Shown here: positions 55,885 to 64,000 of the stretch, piece by piece
Numbering within the stretch: the stretch's first letter is position 1
How the letters are laid out: each line of letters opens with the position of its first letter
DNA from: Sedimentisphaerales bacterium
GTDB taxonomy: Bacteria; Planctomycetota; Phycisphaerae; Sedimentisphaerales; SM23-30
NCBI GenBank assembly: GCA_016928435.1
Contig: JAFGKT010000060.1
Coordinates: forward strand, 20,870-84,869
Reading direction: 5' to 3'
Length of the DNA stretch: 64,000 nt
Translations under genes and position numbers: made by a program
Notes under the pieces: model-generated
The model's input: only the letters and a program-made list of their open reading frames with translations
What the model was told of the DNA's origin: nothing
Databases searched by the model: none

Positions 55885-56596
55885 AGTGTTCTATCCTGCT
55901 TCTTTTCTTCAACCATTTCTTGGTTGCTTCTTGCACTTTGGCTGCCTTGTGTGTTTCAACTCAGCCGCCGCCGTTCCGAAGGGTTCCATTGTTCTTTCTC
56001 AATCCCAATTGATCAAAGTCGTGTGTCTCTAGTTGAAAACGATTTTCTTCACTGCCTGTCATCCGCTGCCTCTTGGCGTCTCTAGCGTTCTGCGTAGTTT
56101 GCGTCCTGACGCTGCCCGCTGAGTTGCCGGTGTTCTGGTTGTTACCTATTTTGCCAAATCCTCTTGCAGTTTTTTCACTTTTGCGAAGCTGGCTAACATG
56201 GGCAACACAAGAGCTATCGTCAGAGGGGCTTTTTTATCTTTACTTTTCTGCCTATTTTATCTAACTTAACAAACATGTTTTATTATAGGACGTTAATGGT
56301 GGCGGTAGTCCACGCTGGACATGAGGGGGGTAAGAGACGTAAATAATGTTAAAACAAGGTACTAAGCCTAGAAATCCGCATTGAAGAAGTTGCGACGGGA
56401 TCTTGGCGGGCTTGACAGGATTTAGCACAGCGTCCAATCCTTGGAGGCCTTCATAGCTTGAACACCGGCAAAGCAGGCTTGAAAGGACGCAGCAAAGCGT
56501 TTACAATCAGAAACTTATGGCTCTCAGCAGTTAGTATGCCGGTTGCCATGGTACAGCATATAATGGTACATAGTTATTCCGATTGGGGTTGAGTCG

Positions 56597-56626
56597 TTGA
56601 CAGGTTTACCACATTGGCGTTAGCAT
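56597..56626 (+). promoter_or_regulatory. sigma70-like promoter upstream of top6A
   Basis: TTGACA (56597-56602), 18 nt, TAGCAT (56621-56626). Confidence 0.35.
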
Positions 56627-56666
56627 CTGAAAATTGGTTGGTTTTTATATATATAGATTAGGATTT

Positions 56667-56710
56667 GCCGGTCGGCATAGGGTGGGGCGGTGTTGGGACC
56701 GGCTGTTTTT
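56667..56710 (+). promoter_or_regulatory. terminator-like hairpin in the top6A leader
   Basis: GCCGGTC-23 nt G-rich loop-GACCGGC followed by TGTTTTT, ending 15 nt before the ATG at 56726. Confidence 0.4.
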
Positions 56711-56725
56711 CGAGGTAGCTCAGGG

Positions 56726-57841
56726 ATGGCAAAGAAAAGGACGGCAAAAAGCAATAGCAACAAAGTTGATGTAGTGGGGGTGATTGAAGCCAGCGCCCAG
56801 AAAGTCTGCGATACGATAGTTAATAAACGCAGACCCAAGATGCGGATCCCGGTACGCAGCTTGTCGAACGTGGAATATAAGGCCAAGAGCGGACACTTTG
56901 AACTCAAGGGCAATGTCAAAGAACGCACGCTAACGGTCAATACTGTAAAGACTTTTGCTCAAACCCTGAAGATGATGTCTTTGAGCAAAGAGTTGGTGCA
57001 GGCCGATGATATGGCCACGAAAAGGGAGGCTTACTATATCAGTAAGAACTGGGGTGACGCGGCTTTTCATGATCAGCCGGAATCTGATACAGTCATGGAT
57101 GATGTGGAAGCGATGTTTGGGGTTAATCGTGAGCAGTTGCGTTTTGTGCCGGAGGAAAAAGGTGGTGATGTCGCCGGACGGCTGGTGGTGATTGATCGAG
57201 ACAGTAATGGTAAAAAACTGGAGATTGATTGTACCCGGTTTGGATCGGGTTCTTATTCAGCGCCAAGTGATGTGGAACATCTGCAGTTTCGCAGTAAAGC
57301 GAAGTTCATTCTGGCGATCGAGACCAGTGGTGCGTTTCAGCGGTTGAACAATAGCGGTTACTGGGATAGCTCCAATTGTATATTGGTAAGTATGGGTGGT
57401 GTACCGACCCGTGCTTGCAGACGTTTCATTCGACGGTTGAGCGATGAACTTAACATACCGGTTTACGCGTTTGTTGATGGTGATCCCTATGGGTACTTTA
57501 ATATTTACCGTACGCTGAAGGTAGGCTCGGGTAACGCGGCCCATCTCAACGAGTATTTTTGCGTGCCGCAAGCGAGGTTCCTGGGAGTAACCCCCCAAGA
57601 TGTAAAAGACTATGCATTGCCCACGCACGCTCTTAAAGATGTTGATATCAAAAGAGCCAAAGACGCGTTAAAGAACGATCCGTTTGTGAAACATCATAAA
57701 CCATGGCAGCTAGCTATCAATCAGATGTTAAAGTCAGGCGTACGTGTTGAGCAGCAGGCATTCGCCAAGCATGGTTTGGATTTTGTGGTTAAGACATATT
57801 TGCCGGAGAAGCTGAAGAAGGTTTCAACGTTCTTGCCTTAG
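56726..57841 (+). CDS. top6A: type IIB DNA topoisomerase VI subunit A (Spo11/Top6A family)
   Basis: 371 aa. 5Y-CAP 'TKREAYYISKNW', Toprim Glu in 'ILAIETSGAFQRL', DxD in 'FVDGDPYGYFNIY', C-terminal 'VEQQAFAKHGLDFVVKTYLPEKL'. Colinear with archaeal Top6A. Confidence 0.85.
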   Translation: MAKKRTAKSNSNKVDVVGVIEASAQKVCDTIVNKRRPKMRIPVRSLSNVEYKAKSGHFELKGNVKERTLTVNTVKTFAQTLKMMSLSKELVQADDMATKREAYYISKNWGDAAFHDQPESDTVMDDVEAMFGVNREQLRFVPEEKGGDVAGRLVVIDRDSNGKKLEIDCTRFGSGSYSAPSDVEHLQFRSKAKFILAIETSGAFQRLNNSGYWDSSNCILVSMGGVPTRACRRFIRRLSDELNIPVYAFVDGDPYGYFNIYRTLKVGSGNAAHLNEYFCVPQARFLGVTPQDVKDYALPTHALKDVDIKRAKDALKNDPFVKHHKPWQLAINQMLKSGVRVEQQAFAKHGLDFVVKTYLPEKLKKVSTFLP

Positions 57842-57904
57842 CTGCCGTCTTCTTCCGCGGGAAATAATATCACCTGTAGTCATATTGCTATTTGGGAGAC
57901 AGTT

Positions 57905-60900
57905 TTGAAGCAGAAATCATCAGACACTGGTCGAGATGCCCAAAGCGGCAATGATGGATTAACTCAGAACGCGGAAGGGCAACTGGTAGAACAGGATTTC
58001 TGGTGCGCCAAAAATCGATGGCTCTGGTTGGGTTGCGTGTTGTTGGTGATAGTAGCGGCATTGCAGAGCGCCAACCGCTCTGTCGGCGGCGGCGACACCT
58101 GGGTCGCGATGGCCAACGGTCGTTACACCATGGGCCCTTGGGCTCAGCAGCAAGAAAACCGTACTTGGCAAATGAAAGTCCTGGATGTCTTCGGCATTCA
58201 CATGACATATCAGGATTATATGGGGGCGATGACGCGGGGATACGACCCGGCAGACCCGGAAAAATTCGGTTGGGTTAATCAGAATTGGCTCACGCACGTG
58301 ATGTTCTATAACATGCGAGAAGCCTGGGGCGAGAATTCGATTGTTATATATAAGTTCATCCAAGCGATACTGACGGCATTGTTCGCGTATTGGGCGGGAC
58401 GAAAGTTGGGGGCTCATCCGGTTCTCGCGGCCGCAACAGCGGCGTTTGGTATGTTGCTAAGCAGGTCGTTCATTGACCTGCGCCCAAACCAAAGCACGAT
58501 TTTTTATGCCGCGGCCATGATGATGGTGCTGGCGCATTGGCTAAAAGGTCGGCCTCGGGCGATTCTATGGCTGATACCAATCATGATGATGTGGTCGAAT
58601 GTACACGGCGGATTCATTTATGCGATGATGGTGCTGGCGGTGGTCCTGGCGGGGCACGCGGTACAGAATTATTTGGGTAAGTATGCCCAGTGGTTTGTAT
58701 TACTGGGTGGGATTGTGGCGATAGCGTTATTAGTACGCGGCATTGCCGGGCTGCAGAGCGAAGTGACGCTGCGGCAAAGTACCTTGGCCGAATGTCGTCC
58801 TTGGCAGATAGCCGGGGGCGTCGCGATAGGCGCGATAGTACTGCTGGAAATTTTGGCGTTAATACGTATCGTCGGTTCTGGGTTTGCTGATTTTGTGATG
58901 GTGGGCAATAGAAAGTTCAAGTGGCTCATCGGCGGCGGCGCGATTGTGGTTCTAGTACCAGCCATATTTACCCCGTTCGGTATTGAAAACGTATTGCATC
59001 CGCTGGTTATCGCTTTGGGGGAAGAAGGGGACATTTGGCGCCGAGTCGTTGAATGGCGTCCTATTTGGGACAAACAAGGTTTTGGCGAGGCCGGACCTTA
59101 CAGTTATTTTCTGTGCTTCTTCGCGTTAGTATGGTTTGTTTGGTGGCTGCTGGTTTTGTCAAGGCCGACCAGCACGGATTCGGCTCGCAGAAGCCGTCGC
59201 AAATCCGATCCGCTAAATGACATCTGGCCTAAAATCGATATCGCGGCAATCGGGGTAATCGCGATTACGTTGATAATGTCGATTAAGTCGCGTCGGTTCA
59301 TCTTCTTGGGCGGGGTCATCCTGGCGCCGTTCTTGGCGCAGATGGCGCAAGAAATCGCGTCGATGTGGAAGATGCTGCGCAAGCACAGCGAATGGCGCGG
59401 TTGGGCGTTTGTCGCGCCGGCTTGTAGTTTGGTATTGGGTGGTTTGATAGGGTGGGCCGCGGCCCGAGAGTTGTTTATTCCGTGGCTGAGTGAAGGGGAT
59501 GTATCCAAGATTCTAGGTTATGCCATGGGTACGGTTTTGGCATTCCTGGTGATGTTTGGCGTGTGGTTCGCATGGGAAGCGAAACTGAACAAACGTGTTT
59601 TGGTGACGGGTGTATCGCTTTTGAGTTGGGTGGCGGTGGCGCTTTTAGGAGCGATTTTCGCCGGCTGTATGTGGGATGTTTATTATCGCCCAGCCACTGA
59701 TGGTCGAGACCTGACAGTGTTTAGACGCATGGTAGGCATTCCAGCCCAACCGGTGGATGCGATAAAGTTCTTCGATGACAATCATCTCGAAGGAATAGTG
59801 TTCAACGAATGGGTCAATGGCGGCTTCATCACGTTTTGGCAGACGCCCCAAGAGTCAAACGGCCAGGCTTTATGTAAAGTTTACATGGACGGCCGGGCCC
59901 AGGCGGCATACAGTCTGTATCATTTCCAGCGATGGACCGCGTTGAAATCAGTGAATTTACCGCCGAACGATCACAATGTTCAAGTGCGATTGAGAGAACT
60001 CGCTCGGGCCCGAGGTATCTCCAACGATGGCACCAGAGATTTTTACGATCGATTATTGTTAGCGTCGGCGGTCGAGGCCGAAACAGGCACCCCGGCATCG
60101 CAAACAGGCAACCCGGCCCTGCAAACAGAACTTATCAGTTTGATTGGCCAAGACCGTGATCTCGATGCCGCATTCCTGCGCGCGCGAGTTCGCAACTTAG
60201 GAATCCACTTAGGCCTCAACCCCACCCACGAAGATTTTTACGATGCCTTGATACGACGGTTTGTCGATGAGTTGCCCGAGTACAAGCGCATAACGTTTCC
60301 GCAACTGGTAAGTGTTGAATCCGAAGTCAGCATTAATGACTTTTCATTGGCGGATCAGCAAAAGATTTTCGACTTAAGTCGGTATTGTGGTTTTAATCCA
60401 CAACAAAGACCTGACCAATTGGCGGAACTGTGTTTACCTATAGGTCGCTATGGTATTCTGACACGAATGGCCGCCGGCGATGCTCGGCTCTATGATGCGC
60501 TTCTGCGTCGTGACAGCGTGAATGTAATGTTGTTAGATAACCATAATCCCACGTCAAATACAATAGCTTGGCTGCTGATACCTTTGCCTCAGTGGCATGT
60601 GCTGTATCTAGACTACAAGAATACTTTGCTGGTGCGTGATGACGGCATACACAATCAGCGATTGCTGGCGGACCCGCTGAATGAGGCGGTCTATCGCGAC
60701 GAGAATACTCGGCTCATTTCGCAAGGCTATGCGCTTTGCAGCGAAGACGATCTGCGTTTGCAGGCCCAGGGCTTTGAGATGTTGCTGCAGGCGGATTTTG
60801 ATCTCTATAACCCTTGGATTTATGACGCGATTAATAGGGTTGGTTGGCGTTTGGGGCGGTTGGAAAGGGCCCGGGATTGGCTGCAAACAACGGGGCTTTG

Positions 60901-61261
60901 GTCAATGGAATCAACAGCTTGGCCCGAACAAGTCGAGGCGCAATTGGAAGTGAACTATGGCTGGTCGCAAGATGCCCTGGCCTGGCTGCAAGCGACCGCG
61001 GATTGGCCCCAACAGGATAGAAACTGGCTGGGAAGGACCCGCGATTATTGCTTCGGTCGTTATCAACGGTTCAAAGACTATATTGACAGCGGCGAGCGAT
61101 TTGGCAGGATACAAGCGTTTAATAATATTATTACCTGCTGTGCTATGCTGTCGTCATTTGGTGTAGAACCTGACGGAACAAATTATGTCCAACAGAGAGC
61201 CCATTATGTTGATATGCTGAAAGAGTTTTTTAATCAGGATAGGAGTTTATTCTGGAACTGA
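57905..61261 (+). CDS. 1118-aa polytopic membrane protein (GT-C-like N-terminal half, soluble helical C-terminal half)
   Basis: About 12-14 hydrophobic segments in the first ~560 aa, then a ~550-aa hydrophilic Trp/Leu-rich domain. TTG start 63 nt after top6A. No family recognised. Confidence 0.55.
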   Translation: MKQKSSDTGRDAQSGNDGLTQNAEGQLVEQDFWCAKNRWLWLGCVLLVIVAALQSANRSVGGGDTWVAMANGRYTMGPWAQQQENRTWQMKVLDVFGIHMTYQDYMGAMTRGYDPADPEKFGWVNQNWLTHVMFYNMREAWGENSIVIYKFIQAILTALFAYWAGRKLGAHPVLAAATAAFGMLLSRSFIDLRPNQSTIFYAAAMMMVLAHWLKGRPRAILWLIPIMMMWSNVHGGFIYAMMVLAVVLAGHAVQNYLGKYAQWFVLLGGIVAIALLVRGIAGLQSEVTLRQSTLAECRPWQIAGGVAIGAIVLLEILALIRIVGSGFADFVMVGNRKFKWLIGGGAIVVLVPAIFTPFGIENVLHPLVIALGEEGDIWRRVVEWRPIWDKQGFGEAGPYSYFLCFFALVWFVWWLLVLSRPTSTDSARRSRRKSDPLNDIWPKIDIAAIGVIAITLIMSIKSRRFIFLGGVILAPFLAQMAQEIASMWKMLRKHSEWRGWAFVAPACSLVLGGLIGWAAARELFIPWLSEGDVSKILGYAMGTVLAFLVMFGVWFAWEAKLNKRVLVTGVSLLSWVAVALLGAIFAGCMWDVYYRPATDGRDLTVFRRMVGIPAQPVDAIKFFDDNHLEGIVFNEWVNGGFITFWQTPQESNGQALCKVYMDGRAQAAYSLYHFQRWTALKSVNLPPNDHNVQVRLRELARARGISNDGTRDFYDRLLLASAVEAETGTPASQTGNPALQTELISLIGQDRDLDAAFLRARVRNLGIHLGLNPTHEDFYDALIRRFVDELPEYKRITFPQLVSVESEVSINDFSLADQQKIFDLSRYCGFNPQQRPDQLAELCLPIGRYGILTRMAAGDARLYDALLRRDSVNVMLLDNHNPTSNTIAWLLIPLPQWHVLYLDYKNTLLVRDDGIHNQRLLADPLNEAVYRDENTRLISQGYALCSEDDLRLQAQGFEMLLQADFDLYNPWIYDAINRVGWRLGRLERARDWLQTTGLWSMESTAWPEQVEAQLEVNYGWSQDALAWLQATADWPQQDRNWLGRTRDYCFGRYQRFKDYIDSGERFGRIQAFNNIITCCAMLSSFGVEPDGTNYVQQRAHYVDMLKEFFNQDRSLFWN

Positions 61262-61352
61262 TAAGGTGTTTGTCGCTGAAACGAACCATGCGGTATCTAA
61301 GCGGAGAGATATCGGCGTTCGTTATGAAGAAAACAACCAACGCGATCAGTGC

Positions 61353-61395
61353 AAAAAAAACCGGCCAGTAACGTAATTGTTGCTGACCGGTTTTT
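61353..61395. terminator. bidirectional terminator between the convergent membrane-protein and EF-G-like genes
   Basis: A8-AACCGGCCAG-14 nt-CTGACCGGTT-T5. Confidence 0.65.
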
Positions 61396-61450
61396 CTATT
61401 TCAAACCATCATTAGTGATCGTGACGATCTGATTTCTTTGGACAAGCCGA

Positions 61451-63496
61451 CTAGGCGTGTTCTTCCTTTTCAGCTTTGGCCTTATCTACAATCTGTTGTT
61501 GAACATTTGAAGGCACGGTTTCGTAATGACTCAGTTCCATGGAGTAACTGCCTTGGCCGCCGGTTACGCTCTTGAGTTGAGAATTGTAGGTTTGCAGCTC
61601 AGATAGAGGCACTTGGGCTTTGATGACGGTCATGTTACCGGGAAGCATGTCTTGGCCTTGGACCCGGCCGCGCCGTCCGGCCAAGTCGCCGGTGATATCA
61701 CCGACGTTCTCAGTAGGAACGGTTACTTCAAGATTGACAAATGGTTCCAACAAGACGGGTTTGCACTGTTCAAAGGCTTTGCGGAACGCTCCTTTCCCGG
61801 CGATCTGGAAAGCGATATCTTTACTATCGACCGGGTGGGTTTTGCCGTCAACCAATGATACTTTGACATCAACGACAGGATAGCCGGCGATGACACCTTC
61901 GCCCATCGCGGCTTGACAACCCTTATCAACACTGGGCCGGAATGGCTGGTCGATAGATCCGCCGAAGATTTTGTCGACAAATTCGTAGCCTTTGCCTGTT
62001 TCGTTAGGTTCCATATCGATAAAGACTCGGGCGAACTGTCCGGATCCACCACTCTGTTTTTTGTGGGTGTACTCAACGTATTTGGCTGAGGCACTGATGG
62101 TTTCGCGATAAGGAATCTTGGGCGGTTTGGTATCGACATCCAAGCCGCGTCGTGAGTGCAGCCGTGAGAGAATAACACGCAGGTGCAACTCACCAATACC
62201 GGAAACGACTTGTTCGTTGGTTTGGCTGTCGCGGGTGACGAGGAAGGTCGGGTCGGATTCGACTACTTCGGTCAGGGCTTGGGACATTTTGGTTTCGTCG
62301 CCGCGACTCTTGGGAGTGATCGCCAAGCTGTACATGGGAATCGGCATGGTTGGTGCCTTGATCTTTCCAGGTTCGCTGCCGACAAAAACAGTATCGAGGA
62401 TTTTTAGGTCTTCGATCTTGGCCAAGGTTATGATGTCGCCGGCTACTCCTTGTTCGATTTGCTCGGAGGTATCGCCTTGGAGTTTTAGGATATTACCGGC
62501 ACGCATACCTTTTTTGCCCCCGGTCGCTGCCAGACTGGAGTCGCTCTTGACGCTGCCGCGCACCACCCTGATGGTAGTGTGTTTAATGTGAGTCTTGGGG
62601 TCGGAGGTGACGCGGAAGACTGTTCCCAGGAACGGTGCGCTCGGATCTGGTTCAATATCTTGGGCGGTTTGCTCCTCACCTTCGCCGGTAAGCAGTTGAA
62701 CCTTCACGCCTTGCTTGGGATTGGGACAGGTCGTCGCGATAAGGTCGAGCAGTTCTTTGGCGCCGATTTTGTTGCGGGCGCTGGTAAAGAGAATTGGAAT
62801 AACCGATCGGCTGAGCATTGCTTGTTGAAAAGCATTCGCGATTTTGTCAGCGGAGATTTCTTCGCCGCCGAGGTAGGCTTCCATCAGTTCCTCGTCAGCT
62901 TCGACGATGGTTTCGAGAAGATTCGTGTGGGCCTCAGCAACGTCGGTGAAGCCGGAGCCGCTGTCATTTATGATGCAGTCAATAACCGAACCGCCGTCAG
63001 CCGCGGCAACATTGGCGCAACGACATTCCATACCGAAAGTCTCTTGGATCGTGTTTATCAGTGACTCGAGTTCATCGGTGCCGGAATCGATTTTGTTTAT
63101 GACGATCACACAAGCCATGCCGCGATCTTTGGCGGCGTTGAACATTTTGCGAGTGTTCATTTGTATGCCGTCGGCGGCGCTGATGACGATGACGGCGGTT
63201 TCAGCAGCGGTAAGACAGCAACTGGTCGCCCCGATAAAGTCAGGATAGCCGGGAGTGTCGATGATATTGATCTCTTTATCGGCATGCGTGACGTGAGCAA
63301 TACCGGAGTCTATGCTGTAACCGCAGTGGTGTTCTTCTTCGTCACAGTCTAGGCAACTGGTTTTGTCATCGACGCTGCCAAGTCGATTGGTCGCTCCGGT
63401 GGTGTTTAAAAGTAATTCCGCCAGCGATGTTTTTCCAGCACTGGCGTGTCCGAACAATACTACGTTGCGAATGTCATCCACAGTATACTTTGCCAT
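61451..63496 (-). CDS. elongation factor G-like translational GTPase (EF-G paralogue)
   Basis: G1 'GHASAGKTS', G3 'DTPGYPDF', G4 'NKID'. Five-domain EF-G length (681 aa). ATG at 63496 with GGGAGA 5 nt upstream. Confidence 0.85.
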   Translation of the reverse strand: MAKYTVDDIRNVVLFGHASAGKTSLAELLLNTTGATNRLGSVDDKTSCLDCDEEEHHCGYSIDSGIAHVTHADKEINIIDTPGYPDFIGATSCCLTAAETAVIVISAADGIQMNTRKMFNAAKDRGMACVIVINKIDSGTDELESLINTIQETFGMECRCANVAAADGGSVIDCIINDSGSGFTDVAEAHTNLLETIVEADEELMEAYLGGEEISADKIANAFQQAMLSRSVIPILFTSARNKIGAKELLDLIATTCPNPKQGVKVQLLTGEGEEQTAQDIEPDPSAPFLGTVFRVTSDPKTHIKHTTIRVVRGSVKSDSSLAATGGKKGMRAGNILKLQGDTSEQIEQGVAGDIITLAKIEDLKILDTVFVGSEPGKIKAPTMPIPMYSLAITPKSRGDETKMSQALTEVVESDPTFLVTRDSQTNEQVVSGIGELHLRVILSRLHSRRGLDVDTKPPKIPYRETISASAKYVEYTHKKQSGGSGQFARVFIDMEPNETGKGYEFVDKIFGGSIDQPFRPSVDKGCQAAMGEGVIAGYPVVDVKVSLVDGKTHPVDSKDIAFQIAGKGAFRKAFEQCKPVLLEPFVNLEVTVPTENVGDITGDLAGRRGRVQGQDMLPGNMTVIKAQVPLSELQTYNSQLKSVTGGQGSYSMELSHYETVPSNVQQQIVDKAKAEKEEHA

Positions 63497-63801
63497 CGCG
63501 TCTCCCAACTGAGATTATCCAGTTACATTTGCCGCGTTTAACCTTGTCATTGCCGCCTAAAACTCATAGGATTCACAAAAGGCTGCTGATAGTCATCAAA
63601 TAGATAACGACTATTATGAGTAAAGGTAGGCCAACCGATTCTCGCGGTTTTAGATTGTCTTTTGTGACACTACCAGCAAAATTGTGAATTTTTGATTATA
63701 ACCGACCTAGATGCCTTATCAAGAGTTTTTTACCACCTGTCGCTTGGCTGCGCGGGAATCTTCAATGGTATAGCTTGGGATCGATTCATAGGGGATTCGT
63801 C

Positions 63802-64000
63802 TTGCAAAATGTTACTGTAAAACGACTTATAACAACCGTAGCGGTGTTGGCTGGTCTTTTAGGCGTTTGGCTCACGCGAAAGGCTTTGGGGCCTGGGGAT
63901 AGCGCTGCCGGTGGTTCAGCCGAATTGGTACGCGTCGATAGCGACCGGCTGTTCTTAATGGGGACATTCGCGGAGATGAAGCTGCTCTGTGATTCTAGGC
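63802..64000 (+). CDS. ApbE-like FAD:protein FMN transferase, 5' fragment cut by window edge
   Basis: Open frame from TTG 63802 (or TTG 63775) to the window end. Signal-anchor 'LITTVAVLAGLLGVWL' then 'RLFLMGTFAEMKL', which resembles the ApbE N-terminal MGT motif. Confidence 0.4.
   Translation, partial: MQNVTVKRLITTVAVLAGLLGVWLTRKALGPGDSAAGGSAELVRVDSDRLFLMGTFAEMKLLCDSR

Noticed and set aside
56073-56940. ORFs 56073..56264 (+) and 56620..56940 (-) lie in or around the long spacer. I also considered whether a decayed top6B could be hidden there.
   Set aside because: Neither ORF has a start context or a recognisable domain, and one is antisense to the top6A start. The 840-bp gap is about half the size needed for Top6B, and I saw no GHKL motif in any frame by eye.

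Overview
Gene-dense chromosomal segment (roughly 88-90% coding). It is most likely from a PVC-superphylum bacterium (Planctomycetota-like). That placement is an inference from a DUF1559 / prepilin-type N-terminal protein, LamG/dockerin-like secreted glycan enzymes and a SpoIVB-type peptidase. All function calls come from motif and domain recognition by eye; no database search was possible.

I support 43 protein-coding calls: two are cut by the window edges and two are tiny, low-confidence ORFs. There is also one gene relic and one tRNA-Gly(UCC). I found no rRNA, no CRISPR array, and no transposase, integrase or phage genes.

Layout:
- 1-3.1 kb: cupin / atypical SDR / LarA-like / MBL operon.
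- 3.3-7.1 kb: 1282-aa AsmA/TamB-like envelope protein.
- 7.3-21.8 kb: housekeeping genes (uup, wrbA, short pyk, proC, rtcB, rnc).
- 24.5-42.3 kb: ~18-kb minus-strand glycan-utilisation cluster. It holds GH95, a GH42-like protein, a 915-aa secreted multidomain protein, two LacI regulators, a DUF1559 protein, an SSS transporter and a Gfo/Idh/MocA oxidoreductase. One of two discoidin-domain lipoprotein paralogues lies inside it, as does a truncated third copy; the other intact paralogue is at 22.2 kb.
- 42.7-48.4 kb: GntR-controlled operon with an E1alpha-E1beta-lipoyl triple fusion.
- 48.6-64 kb: tRNA-Gly, araB, hybrid histidine kinase, nitroreductase, B12-binding-like protein, an archaeal-type topoisomerase VI subunit A with no Top6B beside it, a 1118-aa polytopic membrane protein, an EF-G paralogue and the start of an ApbE-like gene.

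Most notable observations:
- the orphan Top6A/Spo11-like gene, sitting behind an 840-bp ORF-free region;
- the E1alpha-beta-lipoyl fusion operon;
- the uncharacterised discoidin-lipoprotein family and its relic;
- a duplicated promoter-operator module for a LacI regulator;
- a candidate antisense sRNA / 27-codon hydrophobic ORF pair (type I toxin-antitoxin-like) upstream of rtcB;
- three families of short interspersed hairpin repeats, and a conserved promoter-leader module shared by tRNA-Gly and araB.
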